A stretch of DNA of 64,000 nucleotides from Candidatus Odyssella sp. Lineage in GTDB: Bacteria; Pseudomonadota; Alphaproteobacteria; Paracaedibacterales; CAITNM01. Shown piece after piece: positions 1-10,960 of the stretch (position 1 is its first letter; every line of letters begins with the position of its first letter). Location of the stretch: assembly GCA_020726185.1 (NCBI GenBank), contig DYTB01000001.1, positions 2,526 to 66,525 on the forward strand, written 5' to 3'. Both the position numbers and the translations under genes were made by a program. The notes under the pieces were generated by a model. The model did no database searches and had not been told where the DNA came from. It saw only the letters and a list, made by a program, of their open reading frames with translations.

Positions 1-575
1 TTTTTAGTATCCATTACGATAAATGCATCTTTAAGGTTCTCATAGCGTAGCAATTTGGTTTTATGCCCTTGCGACGCGGTCGACTTTACTCGTTTTAAAA
101 GATTTGGGTTAATTGCAAGATTTGTATGCTTTGCAATTAATTTTCCAAGTTCTGTGGCCTGATTATATTGACGAGTGAAAAAACGCCACCAGTGCAAGGG
201 GACTGGCACAATAATATTAGTGTCATTAGGAATACATCGTTGCGTCCAGCCAAAAAACATAGGCCCCAAGTGTAGTCCATCGTAATTTTTATATCTCAGC
301 ACAAGTTTTTTTACTGAATCATTGTAAATAAGCGGGGCGTAAGCTTTAGAAAAAACAGGGGGGTGTTTTAAGCAATCTGTGCATGGCATATCATGATCAA
401 CATCATCTAGGGGAACACAACACACAGAACATTTGGGTGATGTTATAAATCTTAATTTAGGCCAGCAATCGCTACACAAGGTGTAGGGCTCTTTTGTTAT
501 TTCTCTACACAATGCGCATTGTGGTGGGAGCAAAAAATTAATCACAGCTTGCGCAGCTGGTGTGTTAAAAATCAC
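1..575 (-). CDS. ComF-family (phosphoribosyltransferase-like) protein, N-terminal part; C-terminus runs off the window
   Basis: Absent from the ORF track because it is open to the window edge. My minus-strand translation from GTG at 575 reads VIFNTPAAQAVINFLLPPQCALCREITKEPYTLCSDCWPKLRFI..CSVC..PCTDC..LVLRYKNYDGLHLG..IIVPVPLHWWRFFTRQYNQA. This is the double CxxC N-terminus plus the PVPLH..R...RGxNQ motif typical of ComF/GntX proteins. The GTG overlaps the stop of the upstream GST gene (GTGA). Confidence 0.6.
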   Translation of the reverse strand, partial: MIFNTPAAQAVINFLLPPQCALCREITKEPYTLCSDCWPKLRFITSPKCSVCCVPLDDVDHDMPCTDCLKHPPVFSKAYAPLIYNDSVKKLVLRYKNYDGLHLGPMFFGWTQRCIPNDTNIIVPVPLHWWRFFTRQYNQATELGKLIAKHTNLAINPNLLKRVKSTASQGHKTKLLRYENLKDAFIVMDTK

Positions 576-1219
576 TTTTGTAAACGTGTTATGTTTGCAG
601 GAATAGGATGATCCTTAGCTTTTACGGTTTCTAGAAAGGAGTGTTTTTGCATGTATCCATCGTACCAACGGTAGAGTTTTTCGTAGTTTTTTCGGAATGG
701 TTCATTTGAAAAACGAAGATCAACGTAGGACAAAAACGTTGCTACACATAAATTTTCAAATAAAATTTCTTGATTTAGCTTAGTGTCTATACTCTCATCA
801 AGATATTTCATCCCACTGGTTAGCGCTAAGCGTTGACGATCGTACCAATCTTCACACTGCAAATGCTTTGGCCGAAAAAAATGTTCATATCTCATCGAAA
901 CTGCAGCATCTGCCATGCCATCAACCAGGGCTTGTACTTTTAATGATTTAAACTTATCTGGCATCAGCGCAGTGGTTTTTCCTGCTTTATCCATAATGAA
1001 TTCACAAATTACCGATGAATCAAAGATGGTTTCATCAGCACTTATTTTTAAAGCAGGGATTTTACCCAAGGGATTTAGTTTTCTAAAAAATGTATCTGTT
1101 TGCCAGGGATGAAATTCTTCAACGATAATATTTTTTGTTTGTTCGCAGGCTAAAATAACCGCTTTAACTTTGCATCCAAAAGGAGAGCTAGGAAATGAAT
1201 AAAGTATCATCGGTAACAA
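572..1219 (-). CDS. glutathione S-transferase family protein
   Basis: 215-aa ORF. It has an N-terminal thioredoxin-like GST fold (LNPLGKIPAL...DSSVICEFI) and a C-terminal helical domain. Confidence 0.75.
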   Translation of the reverse strand: MLPMILYSFPSSPFGCKVKAVILACEQTKNIIVEEFHPWQTDTFFRKLNPLGKIPALKISADETIFDSSVICEFIMDKAGKTTALMPDKFKSLKVQALVDGMADAAVSMRYEHFFRPKHLQCEDWYDRQRLALTSGMKYLDESIDTKLNQEILFENLCVATFLSYVDLRFSNEPFRKNYEKLYRWYDGYMQKHSFLETVKAKDHPIPANITRLQK

Positions 1220-1242
1220 ATGCTAAAGTATCTTAGCCTATG

Positions 1243-1908
1243 CTAGCATGCAACCTTATGGTTTTCAGCATATTTTTCTATAAATTCACGAGGCAATCCG
1301 ATATCAGGACAAACTATTTCTCCACATAATGCGTTAGCATTCGCATGATTATGAACAGGTTTCAGGCATCCTATGGCAACAGTGAGATTTGGCACGACAA
1401 CATTTCCTGTGCTTGTGGAAGTATTTGCATCTATTCCGCTTGGAACGTCAATCGAAATAACGGGATTAGATTGCTTATTCAAATTGTTTATTAGCTGCTC
1501 AAAAATACCTTCGGGCTTTTTGGTTAGTCCAATCCCAAACAAAGCATCAATGTATATGTCTCCAGAAACAGGCATATCGGCAAATTCAATGTTTGGATAA
1601 AAGGCTTTGGCGCGATTTATATTAATATTCAAAACATCTTGAGAAGGCAAAACAGGCATGAAAATAGTTATTTTTTTTGTATGAGGAGCTAGAAATAATG
1701 CTGTAGAAACGCCATCTCCACCATTTTTTCCAGGTCCTGCAAATATAACTACGTGATCACTGCAAAATGGTCCGTAGTAATTTAAAATCTCTTTTGCACA
1801 AGAAAATCCTGTAACCTCAATCAGACTTCCTTCGTCTAATCCAGTTATTCGTAAATAATCTGATTCACATAGTATGGTAGCTTCTTTGTTTAGAACTGGA
1901 AAATCCAT
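1243..1908 (-). CDS. NAD(P)H-hydrate epimerase (stand-alone YjeF N-terminal domain)
   Basis: 221-aa ORF with the FAGPGKNGGDG motif and the DALFGIG / IDVPSG motifs of the YjeF_N family. No fused YjeF_C dehydratase domain. Confidence 0.75.
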   Translation of the reverse strand: MDFPVLNKEATILCESDYLRITGLDEGSLIEVTGFSCAKEILNYYGPFCSDHVVIFAGPGKNGGDGVSTALFLAPHTKKITIFMPVLPSQDVLNININRAKAFYPNIEFADMPVSGDIYIDALFGIGLTKKPEGIFEQLINNLNKQSNPVISIDVPSGIDANTSTSTGNVVVPNLTVAIGCLKPVHNHANANALCGEIVCPDIGLPREFIEKYAENHKVAC

Positions 1909-2111
1909 GAAAGGCCTTTGTGTTTATTTAAAATGTAAAAATTTCAAATTTTAGCACTATACAACTAATTTTTTTGAATTTTTTATATTTTTGTTTTCTG
2001 TTCCAAGTATATCGGATTCTACGTAATCATTGTCAATCATTTTTCCAGAAGGTTTTTTGTTTTTTGCAGAAGATAACGCACTAACTAATGTAGCGTTGCA
2101 TTTTTACAACT

Positions 2112-4988
2112 TTATGCGCTAATCATTCGAGCTTTCAAGTATGGTTTCAGATACTGGCCTGTATAGCTTTTTGCAATCTTTGCAATTTCTTCAGGTGTGC
2201 CTGTTGCAATAACTTCACCACCACCATCTCCACCTTCAGGCCCCATATCAATGACCCAGTCAGCCGTCTTAATCACTTCCAAGTTATGCTCAATAACTAA
2301 AACTGTATTTCCTTGCTCAACTAAGTGGTGCAAAACTTCCAATAATTTTCGAACATCTTCAAAATGCAAGCCTGTTGTCGGCTCATCAAGAATATACAAA
2401 GTTTTTCCGGTGGCGCGACGTGATAATTCTTTTGCTAATTTTACGCGCTGAGCTTCGCCACCTGATAGGGTTGTTGCTTGTTGGCCCACTTTTATATATC
2501 CCAAACCTACTTGTTTAAGGGCACGTAATTTGTCAGCTACGGCTGTATTATTTTCAAAAAAATCTACCGCTTCTTCAACGGTCATATCTAAAACATCAGC
2601 AATGCTTTTATTCTTGTATGTAATTTCTAACGTTTCACGATTGTAGCGTTTTCCATGACATTGATCACATTCTACGTAAACATCAGGCAAGAAGTGCATT
2701 TCAATTTTTACAACGCCATCTCCCTGACAAGCTTCACAACGACCACCTTTGACGTTGAAAGAAAATCTACCTGGCGTATAGCCACGTGTTTTTGCTTCAG
2801 GCATACCTGAAAACCATTCACGAATTGGTGTAAAACATCCAACGTATGTTGCTGGGTTTGAACGTGGGGTGCGGCCAATAGGTGATTGATCAATATCAAT
2901 AACCTTATCAATATGTTCCGCACCTTCTAATGATTTATAAATTCCGGGCAAATCTCGTCCATGATTAAATTGACGATTCAACGCTTTGTATAAGGTTTCA
3001 ATTACAAGGGTTGATTTTCCACCTCCTGAAACTCCGGTAACACATGTAAATGTGCCCAAAGGAAATGTAGCTTCAACATTTTTTAGATTGTTTGTTTTTG
3101 CACCAGTGATTTTTAAAAATTTATCTATGTGACCTGTTCGACGGTGTGCTGGTATGGGTTTGGACTTTGTGCCTTTCAAGTACTGACCTGTCAAACTTTT
3201 AGGACATAACATTATTGTTTGTGGTGTGCCTTCCGAGATAATTTCACCGCCATGCACGCCTGCTGCTGGCCCCATATCAATTACATAGTCTGCAGTGCGT
3301 ATAGCATCTTCATCATGCTCAACAACCACTACTGAATTGCCTAAATCACGTAAGTTACGCAGAGAATCAAGCAAGCGATCGTTATCGCGTTGATGCAAAC
3401 CAATTGATGGTTCATCTAGTACATACAGCACACCCGTAAGGCCTGATCCTACTTGAGAAGCCAAACGTATGCGTTGGCTTTCGCCACCTGAAAGAGTTCC
3501 TGCTCCCCTTGAAAGAGTAAGATAATCAAGTCCGACATCAATTAAAAATTTCAATCGGTTACGAATTTCTCTTAAAATCTTATCGGCAATGTCTTGTTGT
3601 TTTTTTGTTAGCTCTAGGTTTTCAAACCACTTCAATGCATCTTTTATAGAGAATCGACATACTTCACCAATATGCAATTGTGCAAGTTTTACACACAAGG
3701 CTTCATCTTTTAATCTGTAGCTTCCGCAACTATGACAGGGTGTTTCGTTTTGGAACCGTCGTAAAAATTCTCTAGTCCAATCGCTTTCTGTTTCTAACCA
3801 TCTGCGACGTAAATTTGGAATAACACCTTCAAAAGGTTTTTTTGAAATGTATTTGCGAACTCCATCATTATACACAATAGGAATAATCTCAGTGCCTGAC
3901 CCATGAAGAATAATTTTCTTTAAGTTTTCTGACAGGCCTTTGAATGGAGTTGTTGCGCTTTCGCTAAAATAGTTGGCAAGTCCATCTAGCACTTGCGCAT
4001 AATATTCCGAGGTCATTTGCCCACGCTTATTAGTTACTGCACTTTCTTGTGCTGACCATGGTGCAATTGCTCCTTCGCGTAAGCTAAAATCATGATTTGG
4101 CACAACAAGATGTTCATCAAAAACAATTTCAAGGCCTAAGCCATCGCAGGTAGCGCAAGCACCATGTGGGCTATTGAAAGAAAACAGGCGAGGCTCTATT
4201 TCTTCCAAAGTAAATCCTGATGTAGGGCATGCAAATTTTGAAGAATAAGTTGTAATCACTTGGGTGTCTGCATTTTGTACCCACAACAATCCATCACTCA
4301 GCTTTACTGTTGTTTCAATTGAATCAGCTAAACGTGTTTGAATATCTTCAGGCGCTGCCATCACTAAACGATCAACAACAACAGCGATTGTGTGCTTTAT
4401 TTTTTTGTTAAGAGTTGGCGCTTCTTCAATGGCGTAAATTTTTCCATCAATGTAAACGCGCTGAAAACCTTTTTTTTGCAGATCTTGCATTTCTTTTTTG
4501 TATTCACCTTTACGGTCGCGCACGATGGGAGCAAGAATCATGATTTTAGTTTTTTCAGGGAGCTCTAAAATACGATCAACCATTTGACTAATGGTTTGCG
4601 CTTCAATGGGAAGTCCGGTTGATGGTGAATGCGGCACACCTATGCGTGCAAATAACAAACGCAAATAGTCATACAATTCGGTGACTGTTCCAACTGTTGA
4701 TCGTGGATTTTTTGACGTTGTTTTTTGTTCAATTGAAATTGCTGGGCTTAAACCTTCTATGGAATCCACATCTGGTTTTTGCATTAACTGCAGGAATTGC
4801 CTAGCGTACGTTGATAAGCTTTCAACATAGCGGCGCTGACCTTCAGCATAAAGCGTATCAAATGCAAGGGATGATTTTCCAGATCCACTAAGGCCAGTAA
4901 TAACTACCAACTTATTGCGTGGAATATCTACATTCACATTTTTAAGGTTATGTTCGCGTGCTCCACGAATCTTAATTGTATCTTGCAT
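2112..4988 (-). CDS. uvrA: excinuclease ABC subunit A
   Basis: 958 aa. N-terminus is [32 protein letters not shown]. It has two ABC ATPase modules ([19 protein letters not shown]) and zinc-finger Cys clusters, with typical UvrA length. Confidence 0.97.
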   Translation of the reverse strand: MQDTIKIRGAREHNLKNVNVDIPRNKLVVITGLSGSGKSSLAFDTLYAEGQRRYVESLSTYARQFLQLMQKPDVDSIEGLSPAISIEQKTTSKNPRSTVGTVTELYDYLRLLFARIGVPHSPSTGLPIEAQTISQMVDRILELPEKTKIMILAPIVRDRKGEYKKEMQDLQKKGFQRVYIDGKIYAIEEAPTLNKKIKHTIAVVVDRLVMAAPEDIQTRLADSIETTVKLSDGLLWVQNADTQVITTYSSKFACPTSGFTLEEIEPRLFSFNSPHGACATCDGLGLEIVFDEHLVVPNHDFSLREGAIAPWSAQESAVTNKRGQMTSEYYAQVLDGLANYFSESATTPFKGLSENLKKIILHGSGTEIIPIVYNDGVRKYISKKPFEGVIPNLRRRWLETESDWTREFLRRFQNETPCHSCGSYRLKDEALCVKLAQLHIGEVCRFSIKDALKWFENLELTKKQQDIADKILREIRNRLKFLIDVGLDYLTLSRGAGTLSGGESQRIRLASQVGSGLTGVLYVLDEPSIGLHQRDNDRLLDSLRNLRDLGNSVVVVEHDEDAIRTADYVIDMGPAAGVHGGEIISEGTPQTIMLCPKSLTGQYLKGTKSKPIPAHRRTGHIDKFLKITGAKTNNLKNVEATFPLGTFTCVTGVSGGGKSTLVIETLYKALNRQFNHGRDLPGIYKSLEGAEHIDKVIDIDQSPIGRTPRSNPATYVGCFTPIREWFSGMPEAKTRGYTPGRFSFNVKGGRCEACQGDGVVKIEMHFLPDVYVECDQCHGKRYNRETLEITYKNKSIADVLDMTVEEAVDFFENNTAVADKLRALKQVGLGYIKVGQQATTLSGGEAQRVKLAKELSRRATGKTLYILDEPTTGLHFEDVRKLLEVLHHLVEQGNTVLVIEHNLEVIKTADWVIDMGPEGGDGGGEVIATGTPEEIAKIAKSYTGQYLKPYLKARMISA

Positions 4989-5123
4989 GATTGACCGCTT
5001 TATTAAAAAATTTGTAGGGTATATTTACAGCTGCTAATTAAAGTGCAGCGTGTTTTTATGAAACACTCGCTAGACTAGTACAAATTACTTGCACAAGCAA
5101 CATTTTAGAATGGGTAATATTAT

Positions 5124-5558
5124 ATGCGTATTGCAATTGGAGCCGACCACGGAGGACATGTTCTTAAGGAAAAAATAAAATCTGCTGATTCAGTTAATCA
5201 GTGGATTGACGTAGGAGCGTTCAATGCTGAAAGTTCTAATTACGCCGAATTTGCCCAATTAGTTGCTCAGAAAGTTCAATCTCACGAAGCAGATTTTGGC
5301 ATTATTATTTGCCGAAGCGGGATTGGCGTATCAATTGCAGCAAATCGCCACAAAGGCATTTATGCGGCTTTATGTTTTAACAATTCCATGGCAATAAGTG
5401 CGCGCACCCATAACAACGCAAATGTTCTGTGCATTGCTGCGGATTACACATCTTTTGCAGAGGCTCAGGAAATGATTCGTCTGTTTTTATCAACCGCTTT
5501 TGAAGCTGGTGGACGTCATGAAACAAGGTTTAAAAGTATTGACGAATATTTATCCTGA
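5124..5558 (+). CDS. rpiB: ribose 5-phosphate isomerase B
   Basis: 144 aa. MRIAIGADHGG..., CRSGIGVSIAANR and NANVLC are RpiB/LacAB family signatures. Confidence 0.9.
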   Translation: MRIAIGADHGGHVLKEKIKSADSVNQWIDVGAFNAESSNYAEFAQLVAQKVQSHEADFGIIICRSGIGVSIAANRHKGIYAALCFNNSMAISARTHNNANVLCIAADYTSFAEAQEMIRLFLSTAFEAGGRHETRFKSIDEYLS

Positions 5559-5659
5559 AATAAGTTATATGATAAAACATTTTCAGGGCAGTTTATAAAA
5601 CTTGCTTTTTTCACAGGCCTTTCTTACATTGTAGACAGCAAGATATCACTATAGTTTAT

Positions 5660-6130
5660 ATGTCTAGAGTACTTACTTTAATTGGAATATCCCTAGTTTT
5701 AACCGCTTGTGACAGCGTAAAGAGCACATTAGGAATGGATCATTACCAAGCCGATGAATTTAATATAAAGCAAAATGACCCGCTTGATTTGCCACCAAAT
5801 TACAAGCTAATGCCTCCTCGCACTAAAGATAAAGACGGCAAAAGCGTGCCATTAAGTGCATCTGCTGAAAAAGCTAAGCACGTTGTTGGTGGTGGAGAAT
5901 CAGAAGCTTCTCTTTCAGAAGCAAGCCAGCAAGACTTAAAAGATAAAGCAGGCTCTGCGGATGATGCTATCCGAAATCAAGTTGACGAAGAATCAAAAGA
6001 AGAAGGTGATAGCGCTTTGGATAAAAAGCTTAGTGCGTGGAAAAAAGAATTCACACAAAATGCTAAGTCAATAAGTGGCCCTGAAAAAAACACTGACAAT
6101 GCTAGTGAGTCTGAGCAAGCTAATAAATAA
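5660..6130 (+). CDS. DUF3035-family lipoprotein (BamF-like)
   Basis: Lipobox LVLTAC at the N-terminus. The motif ADEFNIKQNDPLDLPPNYKLMPPR resembles the DUF3035 core of alphaproteobacterial BamF-type lipoproteins. The tail is acidic and low-complexity. Confidence 0.55.
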   Translation: MSRVLTLIGISLVLTACDSVKSTLGMDHYQADEFNIKQNDPLDLPPNYKLMPPRTKDKDGKSVPLSASAEKAKHVVGGGESEASLSEASQQDLKDKAGSADDAIRNQVDEESKEEGDSALDKKLSAWKKEFTQNAKSISGPEKNTDNASESEQANK

Positions 6131-6142
6131 TCAGACATAGCC

Positions 6143-7528
6143 ATGGTAAAAATTGTAAAATCAACAATTCAGACGCTTGTAAAGGTGACAGGATATCTGT
6201 TGTCACATGGGGCATTGCGAGCTCTTGTAAAAAGCCTGGCAATCCAATTAGTTATTTCTTTGTCTTTATTCGCGGACAGTGATCCGCTTGATGGCTTTAA
6301 TGTTACTGTGAAAGATTTAGTTGTTGCAGGAAAAACTGTACGAATTTCTCCTTTCAAGGGCATTGATGTCGTTACTGTTAATCTGTGTTTCAAGAATGCA
6401 GGAGACAAACTATCTCCGAAACAAAAAGAAGCTCTTGTAGCCCTGCTTTGCAGGGCAATGGGTGAATCAACTCAATTCAAAACTCGCGAGCAAATGCAAA
6501 CTTATGCTCGTGAACACAATGTGCACGTATCTTTTGGTAGTAGTGATGATAATTTTACTATCACAGGAAAATGCCCATCCGATAAGCTTTCTGAGCTTTT
6601 TCATTTGATTAAAGATATTATTTTTCATTCACAATTTCACGATTCTGATCTGATACGATTTAAAAACGAAGCTGCTGCAGGAATGTTACAGGCAATGCAG
6701 TCACCAGATACTCAATTAGACCAATTAATGAAAAAGGTAATTCTTAAAAGTCATCCATATGGCACGTTGAACAAAACTTACCTCGCGAGTTTGAAAAATA
6801 TTAGTGTCGATGATTTAAAGTCATATATGAGAAAGTGCTTCACTCAAGAAAATATTATCATTTCAGCTTGTGGAGATATTGATGAAGATGGGCTTGCTGT
6901 CCATATCACAGATGTGGTTACGGCTTTACCTAAAACTTTCAATGTTTCTTTGCCAGAAAATGTGCAAGTGGTTGGTCCGTATCAAGAACATACTCAAGCA
7001 TTTCCTGTGCCCCAAACCTTAATTCACTTTTTACATGCCGGTATTAACGCGCATCATCCTGATTTTTTTGCTTTGCAGATTGCGATGGGGTGTTTGTCTA
7101 ATCCCAATATAGGAGTTTTATGGAAAAAAATTCGTGTAGAAAAAGGCTTAACCTACAATATAGGAGCAGGTTTTTCGATTCAAAATCATTACAATTCGTT
7201 TAATATTTCAACTTCTACTCAATCAGAAAATGTAGAAAAAACCATTTCTTCTATTAAAGAGGTTATTGCGGATGTTTGTGAAAATGGCTTTTCAGCTGAA
7301 TTAGTCGAAATTGTTAAGAAAAGCTTTTTAGGAAACTACAAACGTTCTTTCGCTTCAACGTCCCATATAACAACTAGGCTTACAAACTATCAGCTTGATG
7401 GCCGTTCTGTAGATTTTCATAATATTCTCATTGAAAAAATCTCGAACCTGACTACTGATGATATTAATGAAGCTTTTAAAAGGTTTATGAAGCCAGATCA
7501 ATTTGTTGTGTTCATGGTGGGCAAATGA
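6143..7528 (+). CDS. M16-family peptidase, non-catalytic subunit (no HxxEH)
   Basis: 461 aa with M16 N- and C-domain-like layout but no HxxEH zinc motif. It is translationally coupled (ATGA) to the catalytic M16 gene downstream. Confidence 0.65.
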   Translation: MVKIVKSTIQTLVKVTGYLLSHGALRALVKSLAIQLVISLSLFADSDPLDGFNVTVKDLVVAGKTVRISPFKGIDVVTVNLCFKNAGDKLSPKQKEALVALLCRAMGESTQFKTREQMQTYAREHNVHVSFGSSDDNFTITGKCPSDKLSELFHLIKDIIFHSQFHDSDLIRFKNEAAAGMLQAMQSPDTQLDQLMKKVILKSHPYGTLNKTYLASLKNISVDDLKSYMRKCFTQENIIISACGDIDEDGLAVHITDVVTALPKTFNVSLPENVQVVGPYQEHTQAFPVPQTLIHFLHAGINAHHPDFFALQIAMGCLSNPNIGVLWKKIRVEKGLTYNIGAGFSIQNHYNSFNISTSTQSENVEKTISSIKEVIADVCENGFSAELVEIVKKSFLGNYKRSFASTSHITTRLTNYQLDGRSVDFHNILIEKISNLTTDDINEAFKRFMKPDQFVVFMVGK

Positions 7529-8871
7529 AATACATTTTAACGCTTCTAGTTAGCCTTTTTTTTAGCTGCTTGCATGCAAAAATTGTTCCACAAACAGCTA
7601 GATTAAGTAATGGATTGAAGGTCATTGTTTTTCAAAATCCATTATTACCTTCGGTGAGCATTTTAACAAAATATGACATAGGAACGGCTGATGATCCGTC
7701 TAGCATGGTTGGCTTATCGCACATGCTTGAACACATGATGTTTAAGGGATCTTCAAAATATCCAGTTGGTTCTATTGATACTATTCTTAATAGCTGTGGT
7801 GGAACTTGTAACGCTCATACTAGTTTTGACAACACTGTCTATACGTTTGATTTACCTGCGGAGCATTTAGAAGTGGCGTTAGATATTGAAGCTGATCGCA
7901 TGGAAAACCTTAACATTACAGAAGAAGAATTCAGGCCCGAACAAAAGGTTGTGATGGAAGAGCGTCAAATGCGATTGGGTAATCATCCATTTCGTACTTC
8001 TGCTGAGGTTTGTCAGCGCGCTTTGTATGCAGCGCATCCTTATGGTATTTTTCCTATTGGCTACGAAGCGCATATAAAAGCGTACACAGTTGAAGCGTTA
8101 AGAACCCATTATGAAAAATGGTACGTGCCGAACAATGCTACCATTGTAGTAATCGGACCCTATGATTTGGCATACGTGTTACCAAAAATTGAAAATAAAT
8201 TTGGAAATATTCGTTCAAAGGAATTGCCAGAGCATACACGCATCTCAGAGCCTGATCGAGATGGCTTAACCACAACAATTGAACAAGAAAATCCACGTGC
8301 TGAGAACATCTATATTAGTATTTCATATCGAGTGCCAACTTTGATTACAAAACCAGAATCCTATCTTGCAATGCGAATGCTAGATGGCACTCTTGCGGGG
8401 GCAAACTCTAGATTTCTTTACAACAAAATGGTTAAAGAAAAGCGGTTAGCATTAAGCGTTTCTTGTAATTATGCATACGGAAAAGACGATATGGAGTTTA
8501 CTTTCAGCTTAGTACTTTCACCAAGCATGAATGTTGAAGCTGCAGAAAAATTCTTGTTTGAACAACTTGCGATTTTCTTAAAAAAAGGTTTGGTTGAAAG
8601 TAATTTTAATCATGCAAAACAAGAACGATTAAATATTTTTGCTTTTGCCTTGGATGGCGAAGCATTTTTATTAGCGATAGCAAACATTGTTCTTAATAAT
8701 TTTCCATTAGATGCTGTTTCTAAATATGAAGATATTCTAAGAAGCGTAACTACGCAGCAGGTTCAGGAAATGTTACGTCTTGTTTTAGCTAAGCCCCCCT
8801 TGGTTATTGCGCGTAATTATCCAAAAGGGAAAATGCCACAACGTAATTATCAAAAGGTTTTAGGTCACTAA
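7525..8871 (+). CDS. M16-family zinc peptidase (pitrilysin/MPP-like), catalytic subunit
   Basis: 448 aa with a signal peptide, the HMLEHMMFKG (HxxEH) motif and a downstream conserved Glu region (MEERQMR). Confidence 0.85.
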   Translation: MKYILTLLVSLFFSCLHAKIVPQTARLSNGLKVIVFQNPLLPSVSILTKYDIGTADDPSSMVGLSHMLEHMMFKGSSKYPVGSIDTILNSCGGTCNAHTSFDNTVYTFDLPAEHLEVALDIEADRMENLNITEEEFRPEQKVVMEERQMRLGNHPFRTSAEVCQRALYAAHPYGIFPIGYEAHIKAYTVEALRTHYEKWYVPNNATIVVIGPYDLAYVLPKIENKFGNIRSKELPEHTRISEPDRDGLTTTIEQENPRAENIYISISYRVPTLITKPESYLAMRMLDGTLAGANSRFLYNKMVKEKRLALSVSCNYAYGKDDMEFTFSLVLSPSMNVEAAEKFLFEQLAIFLKKGLVESNFNHAKQERLNIFAFALDGEAFLLAIANIVLNNFPLDAVSKYEDILRSVTTQQVQEMLRLVLAKPPLVIARNYPKGKMPQRNYQKVLGH

Positions 8872-10070
8872 TGTTGAAGTACACGTTAAATTTTTTAAAA
8901 GAACCAACCAGCATACTTGCAGGGTTTTCTGACTATGTGATGCGCTTGTCATTATGTGAATATCTTGAATCTGATGTTTCTTCAAATCAATATCAAGAAG
9001 CCGTTCAGAAACTGGAAAAATTTACTCATATTATTCACCTGGGCACGGGTGGCTCAAGCTTAGGCCCACAGGCTTTATATGCAATAGCTGATGAACCAAC
9101 TAAAACATTTCTGTTTTTCGATAATATTGACCCCGATGGTCTGGCCAATCGTTTAAAAGATATTGATTTTCGCAAAGCCGGGATTTTGGTTGCATCAAAG
9201 TCAGGAAATACCGCTGAAACCTTGGTGCAATTGGCAACTTTTAAAAAGATCTATATTGATAATGGTCTGAACATAAATGATCATCTTGTTATTATTACGC
9301 AAACAGACGGTAACGCTCTGCACACCTTTGCAAAAAACAATGACATTGTAACGGTGCCGCACCATAATCAAATTGGCGGACGCTTTGCCGTATTTGCCGA
9401 AGTTGGTATGTTATCAGGAATACTTATGGGGCTTGATATGGAAGCTTTCCGAAAAGGTGCACAAACAGCGTTAGCGGCATTTAAAGCTGCTCCAGCTACA
9501 CATCCTGCTATAGAATCTGCATGCTTTTTGGCAAAGTCCAAAGCTCACCCAGTTATGTTTCCTTATGCTGATAAACTGAAATTGTTTAGCGCATGGTTTG
9601 TTCAGTTGTGGGGGGAAAGCCTGGGCAAGAAAAATAAATCCGGTGAACGTTTCGGATCAACACCGATTCAAGCTTTGGGTGCAACTGATCAGCACTCACA
9701 ACTTCAGCTTTACCTTGGTGGCCCAAAAGATAAATTTTTTACATTTTTAGAGGTCAGTGAAAAAGCAGATCTTGATGTGGCTGATTTAGAGATTGATCAC
9801 CCAGCTTATATGCCTCTTCGCAAACATGGCTTGAAAGATTTATTAAAAGCAGAGCTTCATGCTACTTACGAAACATTACGCGGGCACGAACTGCCAATTC
9901 GCTTAATTACGTTGCCTGCAATCAATGCCTATTATTTAGGGCAGTTAATGTTTAATACAGTATTAGAAACCTTGGCAGTTGCAGCCATTTGGGATGTTAA
10001 TCCATTTGATCAGCCTGCAGTTGAAGAAGGTAAGATATTGGCATTGAAATTTTTAAATGATAAAAAATAG
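8871..10070 (+). CDS. pgi: glucose-6-phosphate isomerase (short form)
   Basis: 399 aa. LGTGGSSLGPQAL, VASKSGNTAETL, GGRFAVF and DQHSQLQLYLGGP are PGI/SIS-domain signatures. Confidence 0.8.
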   Translation: MLKYTLNFLKEPTSILAGFSDYVMRLSLCEYLESDVSSNQYQEAVQKLEKFTHIIHLGTGGSSLGPQALYAIADEPTKTFLFFDNIDPDGLANRLKDIDFRKAGILVASKSGNTAETLVQLATFKKIYIDNGLNINDHLVIITQTDGNALHTFAKNNDIVTVPHHNQIGGRFAVFAEVGMLSGILMGLDMEAFRKGAQTALAAFKAAPATHPAIESACFLAKSKAHPVMFPYADKLKLFSAWFVQLWGESLGKKNKSGERFGSTPIQALGATDQHSQLQLYLGGPKDKFFTFLEVSEKADLDVADLEIDHPAYMPLRKHGLKDLLKAELHATYETLRGHELPIRLITLPAINAYYLGQLMFNTVLETLAVAAIWDVNPFDQPAVEEGKILALKFLNDKK

Positions 10071-10094
10071 AAACTCCTTTATGAGCGTGAACAT

Positions 10095-10958
10095 ATGAAC
10101 ACTCAAAAAATATCTTTTCAAGAAATCATCTTGCGTTTGCAACAATATTGGGCAAACTACGGCTGCGTTATTTTGCAACCGTATGATTTGGAAGTAGGGG
10201 CAGGCACATCCCATCCCGCAACGCTAATTCGTGCCCTTGGTCCTAAATCATGGAACACAGCCTATGTTCAGCCGTGCCGCAGACCAAATGATGGCAGATA
10301 TGGTGAGAATCCAAATCGCACGCAGTTGTATTATCAATTTCAGGTTTTGCTAAAGCCTTGCCCTGCAAATCCGCAAGAATTATACCTTGAAAGCCTGAAA
10401 GCTATTGGTCTTGATTTAAGTCGTCATGATATTCGCTTTGTCGAAGATGACTGGGAAAACCCATCATTAGGTGCAGCAGGTCTTGGTTGGGAAGTTTGGT
10501 GCGATGGTATGGAAATCACTCAATACACTTATTTCCAGCAGGTAGGTGGTATTGCTTGTGATCCCGTGCCTGTGGAATTAACCTATGGTTTAGAACGCGT
10601 TGCTACAATCATACAGAATGTTGAAAGTAATTTTGATATTAACTGGAATGGCAAATCAGGCGATGAATGCCTTACTTATCGAGATGTTTTTTTAAGATCA
10701 GAACAAGAATTTTCAGCTTATAATTTTGATCACGCAGATGTTGATATATTGCTACGTCATTTTAACGATGCGGAAGCCGAATGCTTAAAATTGCTTGATC
10801 TCAAATTGGTTTTACCGGCTTATGAGCAGTGCCTAAAAGCTAATCACCTATTTAATATGCTAAATGCGCGCGGTGTTATTTCTGTTACCGAGCGAGCCGC
10901 TTATATGGGGCGAGTTCGTCATTTAGCAAAATCAGCCTGCGAAACCTGGATAGGTTAA
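10095..10958 (+). CDS. glyQ: glycine--tRNA ligase alpha subunit
   Basis: 287 aa. The N-terminus [30 protein letters not shown] is highly conserved in GlyQ. Confidence 0.97.
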   Translation: MNTQKISFQEIILRLQQYWANYGCVILQPYDLEVGAGTSHPATLIRALGPKSWNTAYVQPCRRPNDGRYGENPNRTQLYYQFQVLLKPCPANPQELYLESLKAIGLDLSRHDIRFVEDDWENPSLGAAGLGWEVWCDGMEITQYTYFQQVGGIACDPVPVELTYGLERVATIIQNVESNFDINWNGKSGDECLTYRDVFLRSEQEFSAYNFDHADVDILLRHFNDAEAECLKLLDLKLVLPAYEQCLKANHLFNMLNARGVISVTERAAYMGRVRHLAKSACETWIG

Positions 10959-10960
10959 TT

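Noticed and set aside
4989-5123. Alphaproteobacterial SOS box (GAAC-N7-GAAC / GTTC-N7-GTTC) in the uvrA-rpiB divergent promoter region.
   Set aside because: I could not find the motif by eye. There is only a weak 5-bp inverted repeat (GCTGC-N10-GCAGC).
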